Below are positions 18,374 through 30,297 of a stretch of 64,000 nt of DNA, piece by piece. Origin of the DNA: an uncultured delta proteobacterium (GTDB lineage Bacteria; Desulfobacterota; Binatia; Binatales; Binataceae); contig CAVWMQ010000010.1 of assembly GCA_963756155.1 (NCBI GenBank), forward strand, positions 8,102 through 72,101, written 5' to 3'. How positions within the stretch are numbered: the stretch's first letter is position 1; each line of letters opens with the position of its first letter. The translations under genes and the position numbers were made by a program. The notes under the pieces were generated by a model. The model saw nothing but the letters and a program-made list of their open reading frames with translations. It searched no databases and had not been told where the DNA came from.

Positions 18374-21271
18374 TCAAGCTCCGGCGGCGCTGCGCAATGC
18401 CGAGCGCGCCTGCCGCCCGCTCTCGGGCAATCCAAACATCCGCCGGAGCTCCCGTCCCGTGATTGATTTGTCGGACCCCGCGACCGCCAGCGGTGCGCCC
18501 GCGGCGATCACGCGCCCGCCCTCATCGCCGCCCCCCGGTCCGAGATCAATGACATAGTCGGCGTTCGCGATGAACTCCAGGTTGTGCTCGATAACGACCA
18601 GCGTGTTGCCCTCGCTCACCAGGCGCCCGAGCACTTTGAGCAGGCGGCGGATGTCGGCGGAGCTGAGTCCGGTGGTCGGCTCGTCGAGCAGGAACATTCG
18701 CGGCAGCGGCTTACCGTCGCCGTCGAGAATCGCCGGTTCCAAATCGACCAGCAGGAAGCGCGCGAGCTTGAGCCGCTGCGCCTCGCCACCGGAGAGCGTC
18801 GAGGTGGTCTGCCCGAGGCGGACGTAACCGAGCCCGACGGCGGAGAGCGCGTTGAGGCGTTTGCCGATAGCGGGATTCTGCGCGAAGAACACGCGCGCTT
18901 CGTCAACCGTCAGATCGAGCACCTGGTTGACGTTCAAGCCGTGGAATCGGATCGCGAGGATGTGAGTCTGGAAGCGGCGGCCGTCGCAGGCCTCGCACTT
19001 GACCTCGAGGTCAGCCATGAAATGCATCTCGATGGTCACGGTGCCGGTGCCGCTGCATCGCTCGCAGCGTCCGCCGGCAACATTGAAGGAGAAGTGTCGC
19101 GCAGTGACTCCGAGCCGTCGCGCCTCGGCGCCGGAGGCGAACAATTTACGAATCTCATCGTAAATCTTGAGGTAAGTCGCGGGGTTAGATCGCATCGAGC
19201 GCGCGGGCAGCTCCTGCCCCATATGCACCAGTTCTCCAATCTGATCGAGTCCGTCAACCTGGTCGCATTCACCGGCCTCCGCCCCCCCAGCCTTGCCCCG
19301 TCGCTTGAGGTAGCCATTGTAGAGCACGTCCTCGACTAGCGACGACTTGCCGGAGCCTGAGACGCCGGTCACGCAGACCATCCGGCCGAGCGGAATCGCG
19401 ACGTCGATATTGCGCAGATTGTGTTCGCGCGCGCCGGTGATTCGGATCGCCGGGTCGCGACGGGTGAAGCGGCGCTCGCGCGCGATCGCGCGCATCATCA
19501 GCACGCGTCCCGGCGTCGCGATCATGCTCTCCAGCGCGGCCTTCCCAATCTTTCCCGCGTGCAGCAGACGGCCGCCCTCGCTGCCGCCGCCGGGTCCCAG
19601 CTCGACGACAAAGTCTCCGCCTTCGATCATGGTCGGATCGTGCTCGACGACGACTACCGTGTTATCGAGATCGCGCAGATGGCGCAGCACCGCGAGCAGC
19701 CGCCGCGCGTCGGAAGCGTGCAGGCCCACCGTCGGTTCGTCGAGCGCGTAGAGCGTGCCGACCAGCAGACTGCCCAGCGCGCTCGCGAGATGGATTCGTT
19801 GCGCCTCGCCGCCCGACAGCGTGCGCGCCTGCCGCTCGAGAGTCAGATAGCCCAGGCCGACCTCGGTGAGATAGCCGACGCGATTGCCAAGCTCGCGGAT
19901 CACGACGGCCGCGCGCGCCGCGATCGCCGGAATGCGCGCGATCTGACCGACCCACTCGGCGAGATCGCGCACCGCAAGTCGCCCGACGTCGGCGATCGAC
20001 ATCCCCGCGACGCGCACGTTGAGCGCCTCGGGCTTTAGCTTCGCGCCGCCGCAGGTGGGGCAGGTGACGAAGCGCCGATACTTGGCCAGCAGGATGCGGA
20101 CATGGGTTTTGTAGCGCCGTCCCTCGAGCCATTTGAAGAAGCCGCGGACCCCCGGCCACTGGTCGGGATCCCACGCGTCGCGCGGACCTTCTTCACCATC
20201 GAGCAGCCAGCGCCGCTCCTCGTCGGTCAGCTCGCGAAACGGCGCGCTGGTACGGATCCGCCTGCGGCGCGCCAGCTTCATCATCAAGTCGTTCATCTCG
20301 CGATAAGCGGGCGTGCGCCACGGCGCGATCACTCCCTGGCGCAGCGACAGGTTCGGATTGGGGATGACTTTCTCGATATCGAGCTCGACGGTGCGTCCGA
20401 AGCCTTCGCATCCGGGGCACGCACCGAGCGGGCTGTTGGCCGAGAACAATGCGGGAGTCGGCTCGGGGAACGCGCTGCCGCATTGTGAGCAATTGAAGCG
20501 CCGATCGAAGTCGAGCGCGGCTCCGGGGTGCATCCGTCCGTTGTCACGCTCGACCCGCACCGTGCGCGCGCGGCCGCCGCCCAGGTAAAAGGCCTTCTCG
20601 AGCGCCTCGCGCACGCGCTCGTTCTCGGAGACGCCGTTGACCGCGACGCGATCGATCACGACCATCATCGGGCCGGCCAGCGCCGGCGTTCCATTGCCGA
20701 AGCCCGCGGCGAACTCCAAAGTTTCAGTCACGGCGTCATTGGCGAACAGGCGATGGTACCCGTTCTGGATCAGGAACGCCGCGGCGTCCGCGAGCGTGCG
20801 CGATCCGGTCTCGAACGGCGCGAGGAACAAGTACGCGCCCGGCGCCGCGAGCACGCGCGCGCTTGCATTGTCGACGCTGTCGCGGCTGACCTCGTTGTCG
20901 CATCGCGGACACACCGTCCGTCCCACGGTCGCGAAGAGCAGCCGCACGTAGTCGCTGATTTCAGTTACCGTCCCGACGGTCGAGCGCGCATTCTTGATGG
21001 TGTTCTTCTGCCGCAGCGCGAGCGCCGGCGGTATCTGCGAGATGGAATCGACGTCGGGCCGTTCCATCCGCTCCAGGAACAGACGCGCATAAGTGGAAAG
21101 ACTCTGCACGTAGCGGCGCTGGCCCTCGGCATAGAGCGTGTCGAACACGAGGCTCGACTTGCCGGAGCCGGACACGCCGGTCACCACGGTGAGTTTGCCG
21201 CGCGGAACGTCGAGCGAAATATTGGCGAGATTGTGAGTGCGCGCTCCGCGGATACTGATCGAGCCGTCCAA
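18374..21271 (-). CDS. uvrA: excinuclease ABC subunit A
   Basis: 965 aa: MDGSISIRGARTHNLANISLDVPRGKLTVVTGVSGSGKSSLVFDTLYAEGQRRYVQSLSTYARLF… Two ABC ATPase modules and zinc fingers (CPRC…CSQC; CERC…CEAC). Confidence 0.95.
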   Translation of the reverse strand: MDGSISIRGARTHNLANISLDVPRGKLTVVTGVSGSGKSSLVFDTLYAEGQRRYVQSLSTYARLFLERMERPDVDSISQIPPALALRQKNTIKNARSTVGTVTEISDYVRLLFATVGRTVCPRCDNEVSRDSVDNASARVLAAPGAYLFLAPFETGSRTLADAAAFLIQNGYHRLFANDAVTETLEFAAGFGNGTPALAGPMMVVIDRVAVNGVSENERVREALEKAFYLGGGRARTVRVERDNGRMHPGAALDFDRRFNCSQCGSAFPEPTPALFSANSPLGACPGCEGFGRTVELDIEKVIPNPNLSLRQGVIAPWRTPAYREMNDLMMKLARRRRIRTSAPFRELTDEERRWLLDGEEGPRDAWDPDQWPGVRGFFKWLEGRRYKTHVRILLAKYRRFVTCPTCGGAKLKPEALNVRVAGMSIADVGRLAVRDLAEWVGQIARIPAIAARAAVVIRELGNRVGYLTEVGLGYLTLERQARTLSGGEAQRIHLASALGSLLVGTLYALDEPTVGLHASDARRLLAVLRHLRDLDNTVVVVEHDPTMIEGGDFVVELGPGGGSEGGRLLHAGKIGKAALESMIATPGRVLMMRAIARERRFTRRDPAIRITGAREHNLRNIDVAIPLGRMVCVTGVSGSGKSSLVEDVLYNGYLKRRGKAGGAEAGECDQVDGLDQIGELVHMGQELPARSMRSNPATYLKIYDEIRKLFASGAEARRLGVTARHFSFNVAGGRCERCSGTGTVTIEMHFMADLEVKCEACDGRRFQTHILAIRFHGLNVNQVLDLTVDEARVFFAQNPAIGKRLNALSAVGLGYVRLGQTTSTLSGGEAQRLKLARFLLVDLEPAILDGDGKPLPRMFLLDEPTTGLSSADIRRLLKVLGRLVSEGNTLVVIEHNLEFIANADYVIDLGPGGGDEGGRVIAAGAPLAVAGSDKSITGRELRRMFGLPESGRQARSALRSAAGA

Positions 21272-21278
21272 ACCGGAA

Positions 21279-21500
21279 TTACCTGGGATCGCTGAGCGGC
21301 CGCGCTTTCTTTTTGCGCTCGCCGGGAAATTCGTCGGCCACTTGCGCGTAGAGCGCGCGCAGTTTTACGTCGAACTGCGCCTCGAGCCGCTTGGTCTCGG
21401 CAGTGCGCTCAGCGCCCGGCAGATTGGTGATTTTGCCGAGCGCATCCTCGAGTTGCTGCATCAGGCGGTTGCGCGCGATGAGATATTGATAGCCGTCCAT
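21279..21500 (-). CDS. small hypothetical protein immediately upstream of uvrA (possible co-transcribed)
   Basis: 73 aa, helical, charged: MDGYQYLIARNRLMQQLEDALGKITNLPGAERTAETKRLEAQFDVKLRALYAQVADEF… The stop is 8 nt before the uvrA ATG. No family assignment. Confidence 0.35.
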   Translation of the reverse strand: MDGYQYLIARNRLMQQLEDALGKITNLPGAERTAETKRLEAQFDVKLRALYAQVADEFPGERKKKARPLSDPR

Positions 21501-21570
21501 ATGGTGTTCAAAACCTCAAATTCCAAACCTTCAGATTATAGGTTATCTTTGACTGGGCTAACAACCAGAA

Positions 21571-22374
21571 GTGGGAACTCAAGTCGAATCGCAGTCGCAT
21601 GCCGGCGCCGTTCCGGTCCTGCGTGCGTGGGATGATCGCGGGACCGATCACGCGCCGTCACATGGATTTCTGTCGCGCGAAGGCGGCGTGAGCCGTGGCG
21701 CGTTCGCCTCCATGAACCTGTCGTACTGGGTGGGTGATGATCGCGCCGCTGTCGATGAGAACTGGCGCCGGTTTCGAACGGTTCTCCCGCGGGACGCGAC
21801 TGTCGCGCGATTGAACCAGGTTCATGGCGCCGTAGTTCGCAGAGTTACGCGCGAGAACGCGGCCGAGCGGCCGGCTGCCGACGGCATGGTGACTGCCGAG
21901 CCGGGAATTATTCTTGGCATCTATACCGCCGACTGCGTTCCGATCTTGTTGGCCGATCGCAGCGCGCGAATCGTCGGTGCGATCCATGCTGGATGGCGCG
22001 GCATCATCGCGGGAATCCCGGGGGCGGGAGTGCGCGCAATGATCGAGCTGGGCGGCGCGCCGGAGCGGATCGCGGCGGCGCTCGGACCGTCGATTGGTCT
22101 GTGCTGTTTCGAGGTCGACGCTCAGCTGGCCGAACGTTTCGCCGGCGAGATTCCGGGCAGCGCGGCGCACTCGCGGTCCGGGCGCGCGGGAAAGTCATAT
22201 CTCGACCTGCGCGCGATCGTGCGCGACGAATTGGTTCGCGCCGGGCTTCCAGATGCGAATATTTCCAGCGTCGGGCCATGCACGCGATGCGCAAGCGATC
22301 GGTTTTTCTCGCGGCGCGCGGCGGGCGGGGCGACCACCGGCCTGCAGATGAGCTTCATCGGGTTCGGCGCCTGA
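21571..22374 (+). CDS. pgeF: peptidoglycan editing factor PgeF / YfiH (laccase-domain purine nucleoside phosphorylase family)
   Basis: …FLSREGGVSRGAFASMNLSYWVGDD…GIYTADCVPILLAD…AIHAGWRG… matches the conserved YfiH/DUF152 motifs. The true start is probably internal to the listed ORF. Confidence 0.8.
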   Translation: MGTQVESQSHAGAVPVLRAWDDRGTDHAPSHGFLSREGGVSRGAFASMNLSYWVGDDRAAVDENWRRFRTVLPRDATVARLNQVHGAVVRRVTRENAAERPAADGMVTAEPGIILGIYTADCVPILLADRSARIVGAIHAGWRGIIAGIPGAGVRAMIELGGAPERIAAALGPSIGLCCFEVDAQLAERFAGEIPGSAAHSRSGRAGKSYLDLRAIVRDELVRAGLPDANISSVGPCTRCASDRFFSRRAAGGATTGLQMSFIGFGA

Positions 22375-22386
22375 GGGCGACGCGCG

Positions 22387-22539
22387 ATGCCAACTCGCAA
22401 ACCCAAAAAAAGTGTTCGCGGCGCGTTAATCGCGAAGCTGCGCAAACCGATGGCGCCGCCCGCGCGCGTCGACGAAGACCTAAAGAAGTATCAGCGTGCG
22501 CGCGAGCGCGAGCGGATCCGACGCGAGAGGGGTTCGTGA
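22387..22539 (+). CDS. possible small highly basic ORF (~50 aa), translationally coupled to downstream oxidoreductase
   Basis: ATG at 22387: MPTRKPKKSVRGALIAKLRKPMAPPARVDEDLKKYQRAREREERIRRERGS. The TGA overlaps the ATG of the next gene (GTGATGG). It is below the ORF-track cutoff. It could be a ribosomal-protein-like basic peptide or may not be real. Confidence 0.25.
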   Translation: MPTRKPKKSVRGALIAKLRKPMAPPARVDEDLKKYQRARERERIRRERGS

Positions 22540-23645
22540 TGGCTGCGCCCCTCACTGGCCAAATCCGCATCGGTCTTATCGGCGCCGGCCTTATCGGCCA
22601 GACCCATTCGATGATGATTCGTCAGATCGCTGACCGCACCGAGAACAGTGCGCGCGTGGTCGCCGTCGCCGACATGGCGCACGAGGCCGCCGAGCGACTT
22701 GCGGCGCGATGGCAGGGGGCGCATGCGCTGGCCACCGCCGAGGAAATTTTCCGCGATCCTTCAATCGACGCGGTATGGATTTGCACTCCGACCGCGACCC
22801 ATCGCGAGCTCTGTATCGCCGCCGCTCACGCCGGCAAGCACATCTTTTGCGAGAAGCCGCTCGCGATGAGCGCCAACGAAGCCGCTGCGATGGACGATGC
22901 GATCTGCGCCGCCGGTGTCGCCAGCCAGGTCGGACTGGTGTTGCGCTTCTCGCCCGTCTACACGGTGATCAAGGCGATGTTCGCGGAGCCCGCGGCGGGC
23001 CGCATGCTCGCGGTCACGATGCGCGACGATCAGGATTTTCCGACCCGCGGCGCGCATGCCAGCGCATGGCGGAACGATCCGTCGCTGACCGCCGGCGGCA
23101 CGCTTATCGAGCACAGCGTCCACGACTTCGATTTGATGACGTGGATGTTCGGGCCAGTCGAACGTCTCTACTGCCGCGTGCGCAACTTGAACGGCGCTAA
23201 AGGCGTCGAAGATTTCGGAGCCACCGAGTTGGAGTTCGCCGGCGGCTTCGACGGCCAGCTCACCTCGGTGTGGCATCGGATGATAGGGCGCGTGAGCAAT
23301 CGCCGGCTGGAGGTGTTCGCGGAGAATCTGTTCGTTGCATCGGACCACGACACGATTGGGCCGATAATCGTGCAGCGCGGCGAGGCTGCTCGCGAGGAAA
23401 CGATCGACGAGGGCGAAGTGATGCGCCGCTTCACGGAAATTATTCTCCGCGAACGGCCTTACCTTGAGCCGCTCAGAAACTATCTTGCGGTGCCGTACGC
23501 GCTCGAGGACATGACTTTTCTGGCGGCGCTGCGCGGGCAGTGTGAGACCGACCCGCCATTTGCCGCCGGAGTCACCGCGCAGCGGATGGTCGAGGCCGCG
23601 TATGAGTCGGCCCGGAGCGGACGCGCGGTCGAAATCAAAAGCTGA
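22539..23645 (+). CDS. Gfo/Idh/MocA family NAD(P)-dependent oxidoreductase
   Basis: MAAPLTGQIRIGLIGAGLIGQTHSMMIRQ… (Rossmann GxGxxG)…EKPLAMS… The C-terminal dimerisation domain is present. ATG at 22539. Confidence 0.8.
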   Translation: MAAPLTGQIRIGLIGAGLIGQTHSMMIRQIADRTENSARVVAVADMAHEAAERLAARWQGAHALATAEEIFRDPSIDAVWICTPTATHRELCIAAAHAGKHIFCEKPLAMSANEAAAMDDAICAAGVASQVGLVLRFSPVYTVIKAMFAEPAAGRMLAVTMRDDQDFPTRGAHASAWRNDPSLTAGGTLIEHSVHDFDLMTWMFGPVERLYCRVRNLNGAKGVEDFGATELEFAGGFDGQLTSVWHRMIGRVSNRRLEVFAENLFVASDHDTIGPIIVQRGEAAREETIDEGEVMRRFTEIILRERPYLEPLRNYLAVPYALEDMTFLAALRGQCETDPPFAAGVTAQRMVEAAYESARSGRAVEIKS

Positions 23646-23740
23646 AGTGTTGCTTTAGATTTATCTCGTCCAGCTTCAAATATGCGAACGGCCTGGGCGC
23701 TATAGTTAGATGCTCCAATCCGGAGGTTGCGGATTTCGAA

Positions 23741-24850
23741 ATGATCGACTTCGAACTGAGCGAAGAACAACAGATGATTCGCGACTCGGTCGGCAGTTTC
23801 GCGCGCGAGGAGATTCGTCCGGCGGCGCGGCCCGCGGATGAGTCGGGCGCGATTCCGCCCGAGCTCATTGCCAAGGCGTGGCAGCTCGGCCTGGTGCGCG
23901 GCCCCATTCCAGAGAAGTTCGGCGGTGACGGCGGCGAGCGCTCCGCGGTGACCGGCGCGATCGTTGCCGAGGAGCTCGGCTTTGGCGACCTTGCGATCGC
24001 GCTTGCGGTGCTCGCGCCTCGCCTGCTCGCATACCCGGTGCTCGAGATGGGCACCGATGATCAGCGCGCTAAGTACCTGAAGCGCTTCACCGGCGACAGC
24101 TTTGTTGCCGCGAGCGCGGCGCTGATGGAACCGCGTTACGATTTCGATCTCACCGCGCCGCAGGCGAGCGCGCGCCGTGACGGAGCGAGCTTCATGTTGA
24201 ACGGCGCAAAGTGCATGGTGCCGCTCGCGAAGGAATCCGACACGATTCTCATCTACGCGGCGACCGACCCGGGCGCGGGCTTTGCCGGCGTCGATGGGTT
24301 TATCGTGCCCCGCGATGCGCAGGGCGTGAGCGTGTCGGAGCGCGAAAAAAACATGGGCCTCAAGGCGCTGGCAACCTATGGAGTCACGCTCAAGGATTGC
24401 CTCGTAAACGCGGACGCGCGCCTGGGCGGTGAGCAGCGCGCGAACTATTCCCGCCTGATGAGCGAGGGGCGCGTCGCGCTATGCGCGATCGCGGTGGGCA
24501 TGATGAACGCGGCGTTCGAGTACGCGCGCGACTACGCCAAGGAGCGCAAGGCGTTCGGCGTGCCGATAGCGACCAAGCAAGCGATCGCGTTCATGCTCGC
24601 CGACATGGCGATCGAAATCGATGCGGCGCGTTTGCTGGTGTGGGAGGCCGCGTCGCATCTGGACCGCGGGGAGGACGCGCTCAAGGAAAGCTACCTCGCC
24701 AAGAACTACGTCGCGGCCAGCGCGCTGAAGGTCACCGACAACGCGGTGCAGGCGCTCGGCGGTCACGGCTATATCCGTGAGCATCCGGTGGAGATGTGGC
24801 TGCGCAACGCGCGCGGACTTTCCGCGCTGGACGGGCTCGCGACGGTTTAG
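23741..24850 (+). CDS. acyl-CoA dehydrogenase family protein
   Basis: 369 aa: MIDFELSEEQQMIRDSVGSFAREEI…GGHGYIREHPVEMWLRNARG… Shows the ACAD N-terminal, middle and C-terminal signatures. Confidence 0.85.
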   Translation: MIDFELSEEQQMIRDSVGSFAREEIRPAARPADESGAIPPELIAKAWQLGLVRGPIPEKFGGDGGERSAVTGAIVAEELGFGDLAIALAVLAPRLLAYPVLEMGTDDQRAKYLKRFTGDSFVAASAALMEPRYDFDLTAPQASARRDGASFMLNGAKCMVPLAKESDTILIYAATDPGAGFAGVDGFIVPRDAQGVSVSEREKNMGLKALATYGVTLKDCLVNADARLGGEQRANYSRLMSEGRVALCAIAVGMMNAAFEYARDYAKERKAFGVPIATKQAIAFMLADMAIEIDAARLLVWEAASHLDRGEDALKESYLAKNYVAASALKVTDNAVQALGGHGYIREHPVEMWLRNARGLSALDGLATV

Positions 24851-24880
24851 GCATTCAGAAATTATTCGACGGAGACGACG

Positions 24881-27174
<2,294 letters not shown>

Positions 27175-27272
27175 CTACCGGCGGTTTGAAGGTCTCCTCT
27201 CAGCAGCCCGTCGCGCGCAATCGCGAGGGCACGCGACCGCTTGGTAGCCGCGTGATCGCGCGGCTTAGCTAA

Positions 27273-27965
27273 TCAGTAGAACCACTTGTCGTGGTCCCAG
27301 CGGAAAATTTCGGTGGTGTGCGTATCGCTTAAGGCTTTGGGCGCAGCGTGCTTAGCCTCGTCCTCGGTCTTGCCGATGATGTAGTAGTTGAATTCCTCGT
27401 AGGTCAGCTTGCCGATCGCAAATCCGCCCTTGGACTCATGCGACTCGCAGCTCGTGACCTTGCCGTATCCGGTGTAGGTCGCGGTGTCCCATCCGTCTTT
27501 GATCTGGAAGGCGAGGTGATTGAGATTATTAGTGGTCCGATCGCGCAGCTTCTGCTCCCATTCGTGGCAGAAATCGGGAAACAGGGCCGCGGCTTTCTTG
27601 AACTCGCGATCCATCTTCATCCGCTCGGGCGTGAGCTTGGCGATGACCGCGGTGACCTTCTGATGAAGGGCGGACCTGGCCGGTGACGGCTGGGCCCTGG
27701 CCTCGAGCGACTTTTGAGCTTCCGAAGAGATCGAACGCACGGTCGCCTGCTCTCCCATCTTATTGGTGGTGCTGGGCGGCGGATGTGCCACAGCGGTGGC
27801 GCTTTCAGGTGACGCGGCTGCGTCGGGGGAAGCCGCTGTGTCCGAGGCCTGAGCCTGCGGTTGGGAAGGTTGCTCTTGGGCCCGCACGGCCGATGGCCAT
27901 AGCATTCCGGCGATTGCCAGCGCCGCGAGGGCCGACCTGATTCCCTGCAATTGTGACGGCGTCAT
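27273..27965 (-). CDS. secreted hypothetical protein
   Basis: ATG at about 27965. Signal peptide MTPSQLQGIRSALAALAIAGMLWPSAVRA. Low-complexity Pro/Ala/Ser linker then a ~120-aa C-terminal domain (…FPDFCHEWEQKLRDRTTNNLNHLAFQIKDGWDTATYTGYGKVTSCESHE…). GC is lower than the surroundings. Confidence 0.5.
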   Translation of the reverse strand: MTPSQLQGIRSALAALAIAGMLWPSAVRAQEQPSQPQAQASDTAASPDAAASPESATAVAHPPPSTTNKMGEQATVRSISSEAQKSLEARAQPSPARSALHQKVTAVIAKLTPERMKMDREFKKAAALFPDFCHEWEQKLRDRTTNNLNHLAFQIKDGWDTATYTGYGKVTSCESHESKGGFAIGKLTYEEFNYYIIGKTEDEAKHAAPKALSDTHTTEIFRWDHDKWFY

Positions 27966-28063
27966 AGTCGGTCTGTATAGCAATTGATCATCGGGATGTT
28001 CAATAAAGGAGCGCCCCTGATGCCCAGCGCCGCCGGTAACAGAGCGATACGACACTACCTACG

Positions 28064-28849
28064 CTAGTTTTCCGGCATCAGCTCGACGCGGCGATTCTCC
28101 GCGCGGCCCTCCGCAGTCTGATTGCTCGCGAGAAACGCGGTCTTGCCATAGCCATGCGCGAGGAGCCGGTCCGGCCCGACGCCCTGCGCCACGAGATAGG
28201 CGGCGACAGCCTGCGCGCGCTGTTCGGATAGTTTCTGATTGGAAGCGGGGGAGCCTACGTCGTCGCAGTAGCCGTCGATGTTGATGTGCAGGTTCGGATG
28301 CGTTTTGAGAATGTCGGCGGTTTCGTCCAGCACCGCTTCGTCACCCGGGCGGACGTCCGCTTTGGCGGGATCGAAGTGCACGCCGCGCAGCACGATCTTC
28401 TCGTGTGCCGGGGTATTTTTCGGAGGCACCGCGGCGGGCGTCGTCGCTGCGAGTACCGCCGGCGTGGGAGCCGCCTCCAGCGGCGTCGGGGCCGGGGTCG
28501 CGCCTGCTGAGTTGGCCAGCTCGGGCCATGGGCGCTCGTGCGAACCAACCAGCGGATCGCAATAGTCGTGGGCGATCAGCGCACCGAGCGATGCGCCCAT
28601 CGCAGCGCCACCCGCGCCGGCGGCGGCGATGGCACCCCCGTCGTGGCTGGCGGCGCCGGCGGCGACTCCAAGGCCGAGGCCCGCGCCGATTCCAGCGCCG
28701 ATCAGTCCGCCCGCTAGCCCGCACACTCCCCAGGTACGCTGCTCCATCCCGCATCCCGACAGAACCACCATCAGCGGGGCGCATAGCAGCGCGCAGCAGA
28801 CAACGGTCCACACCGATGGCCGGCGCGAGGGCGTGGTTGGAGGGCTCAC
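28064..28849 (-). CDS. OmpA family lipoprotein (Pal-like peptidoglycan-binding)
   Basis: Lipobox (VVLSGCG), glycine-zipper segment (GLAGGLIGAGIGAGLGLGVAAGAA), Pro/Thr/Ala linker and a C-terminal OmpA_C domain (…NIDGYCDDVGSPASNQKLSEQRAQAVAAYLVAQGV…NRRVEL). Confidence 0.85.
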   Translation of the reverse strand: MSPPTTPSRRPSVWTVVCCALLCAPLMVVLSGCGMEQRTWGVCGLAGGLIGAGIGAGLGLGVAAGAASHDGGAIAAAGAGGAAMGASLGALIAHDYCDPLVGSHERPWPELANSAGATPAPTPLEAAPTPAVLAATTPAAVPPKNTPAHEKIVLRGVHFDPAKADVRPGDEAVLDETADILKTHPNLHINIDGYCDDVGSPASNQKLSEQRAQAVAAYLVAQGVGPDRLLAHGYGKTAFLASNQTAEGRAENRRVELMPEN

Positions 28850-28973
28850 ACTCAGTTGATTCGCAAAATTGCCGGGGTGTGTCGATTCGATAGCGGAAGG
28901 GACAAATGTTGACGGCCGCGGCCCCGTGATCGGGGCCGCGGCCGCAGCTAGCAGTCAGTAACCGGACCGGGTC

Positions 28974-29684
28974 TTACTGCACCGGCACCAGTTCGACACG
29001 ACGGTTCTGAGCGCGTCCTTCCGGCGTGTCATTGGTCGCGACGAAATCAGTCTTGCCGTAGCCGTGCGGAACCAGCCGGCTGGCAGGAATTCCCTGCTCG
29101 ACCAGGTAATTCACGACGGCGTTGGCGCGGCGATCCGACAGCTTGAGGTTGTAGGCATCGCTTCCGATCGAATCGCAGTACCCGTTCACGTCGACCGTGA
29201 TGTTCGGATTCGCCTTCAGGGTCGCGGCGGCTTCATCCAACACAGCCGCGTCGCCCGGACGAATGTTGTACTTGTTGAAGTCAAAATGCACTCCACGCAG
29301 CACTATCTTCTGCGCCATTGGCGGCGGCGGAGGAGGTGGCGGCGGTGGAGGCGGTGGCGGCGGAGGAGGTGGTGGCGGCGGAGGCGGCGGAATCACCTGA
29401 TCGCACAGATAGTGACCCAGCAGCGTTCCGAGACCAGCGCCGATTACCGCGCCAGCAACGCCAGCGTACACGCGGCGATCATGATCGCTGGAGTTGCGAT
29501 GGGTTTGCGTAACGATCGCGATACCCGAAGCGGCGCCGGCGCCGGCGCCCAGCAGGCCCCCGATTATCGCGCACGATCCCCATTCACGCGGCTGCTCGAG
29601 GTATGCGCAACCTCCCAAGGAGCTGGCAAGTAATGCAGCACCAGCAACCGAAGCGATTGCTTTTAACGCGGACTTCCGTCTCAT
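28974..29684 (-). CDS. OmpA family lipoprotein paralog with 26-residue poly-proline linker
   Basis: Lipobox (LASSLGGCA), glycine zipper, an uninterrupted P26 run, then an OmpA_C domain (…DVNGYCDSIGSDAYNLKLSDRRANAVVNYLVEQGI…NRRVEL). Confidence 0.85.
   Translation of the reverse strand: MRRKSALKAIASVAGAALLASSLGGCAYLEQPREWGSCAIIGGLLGAGAGAASGIAIVTQTHRNSSDHDRRVYAGVAGAVIGAGLGTLLGHYLCDQVIPPPPPPPPPPPPPPPPPPPPPPPPMAQKIVLRGVHFDFNKYNIRPGDAAVLDEAAATLKANPNITVDVNGYCDSIGSDAYNLKLSDRRANAVVNYLVEQGIPASRLVPHGYGKTDFVATNDTPEGRAQNRRVELVPVQ
29318..29400. repeat. simple-sequence repeat (GGN)n on plus strand encoding the poly-Pro linker of the OmpA paralog
   Basis: About 80 nt of ggc/gga/ggt triplets (…ggcggcggtggaggcggtggcggcggaggaggtggtggcggcggaggcggcgg…). 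It is a slippage-prone tract inside a CDS. Confidence 0.8.
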
Positions 29685-30297
29685 GAGCTCCTCCTCACCC
29701 GAGTGCGTGTTGGCGCGCTGCCGAACCTACAACGCGCGCGCTATGTCCCCCAACGGCCCCGAAGCGTAGTGTTTCGAGGCGATAAGCACAATCTAAGCGA
29801 ACTTTTTCTGGTCCCGAATATCCCCGTTCGAACTTCGCCGAACCCATCGGCGCGTCGTTCCGCGACGCTCGTCCACCGTCATCGCGGAGCCGATTCTTTC
29901 GCTTTTCTAATCCCCCAGTTCCCCAGCAAACGCTTCGTGAGCCCAATTGAGCGGGAAATATAGTTATATTTGGGACAGGAATGCAACTGGGCCGGTCGTA
30001 TTTTCCAGCCTTATGCCGAATATTTGTCGATCTTGGTAAACTCTGAGTAATACGTAAGCAACCGCCTCCAGCCATGAGGGAAGGGGCCGAAACCGAGGAT
30101 TCACGAATGAATCAGGAAGCAAAATTCGCGTGCAACCTCGGCTCGTAGCCGAGGCGAGGGCGGGGCGCATGCGGGTGAAAATGCGACGGCCGCATCGTCG
30201 CCAAGCGTGGCAGAATCGATGCGGCCGCCGTCGATGACCTGAAGCGTCGGAGGAGGTTCAGGTCGCAGCCCTAGGCAGTCGAAGTACTACTTGAATA

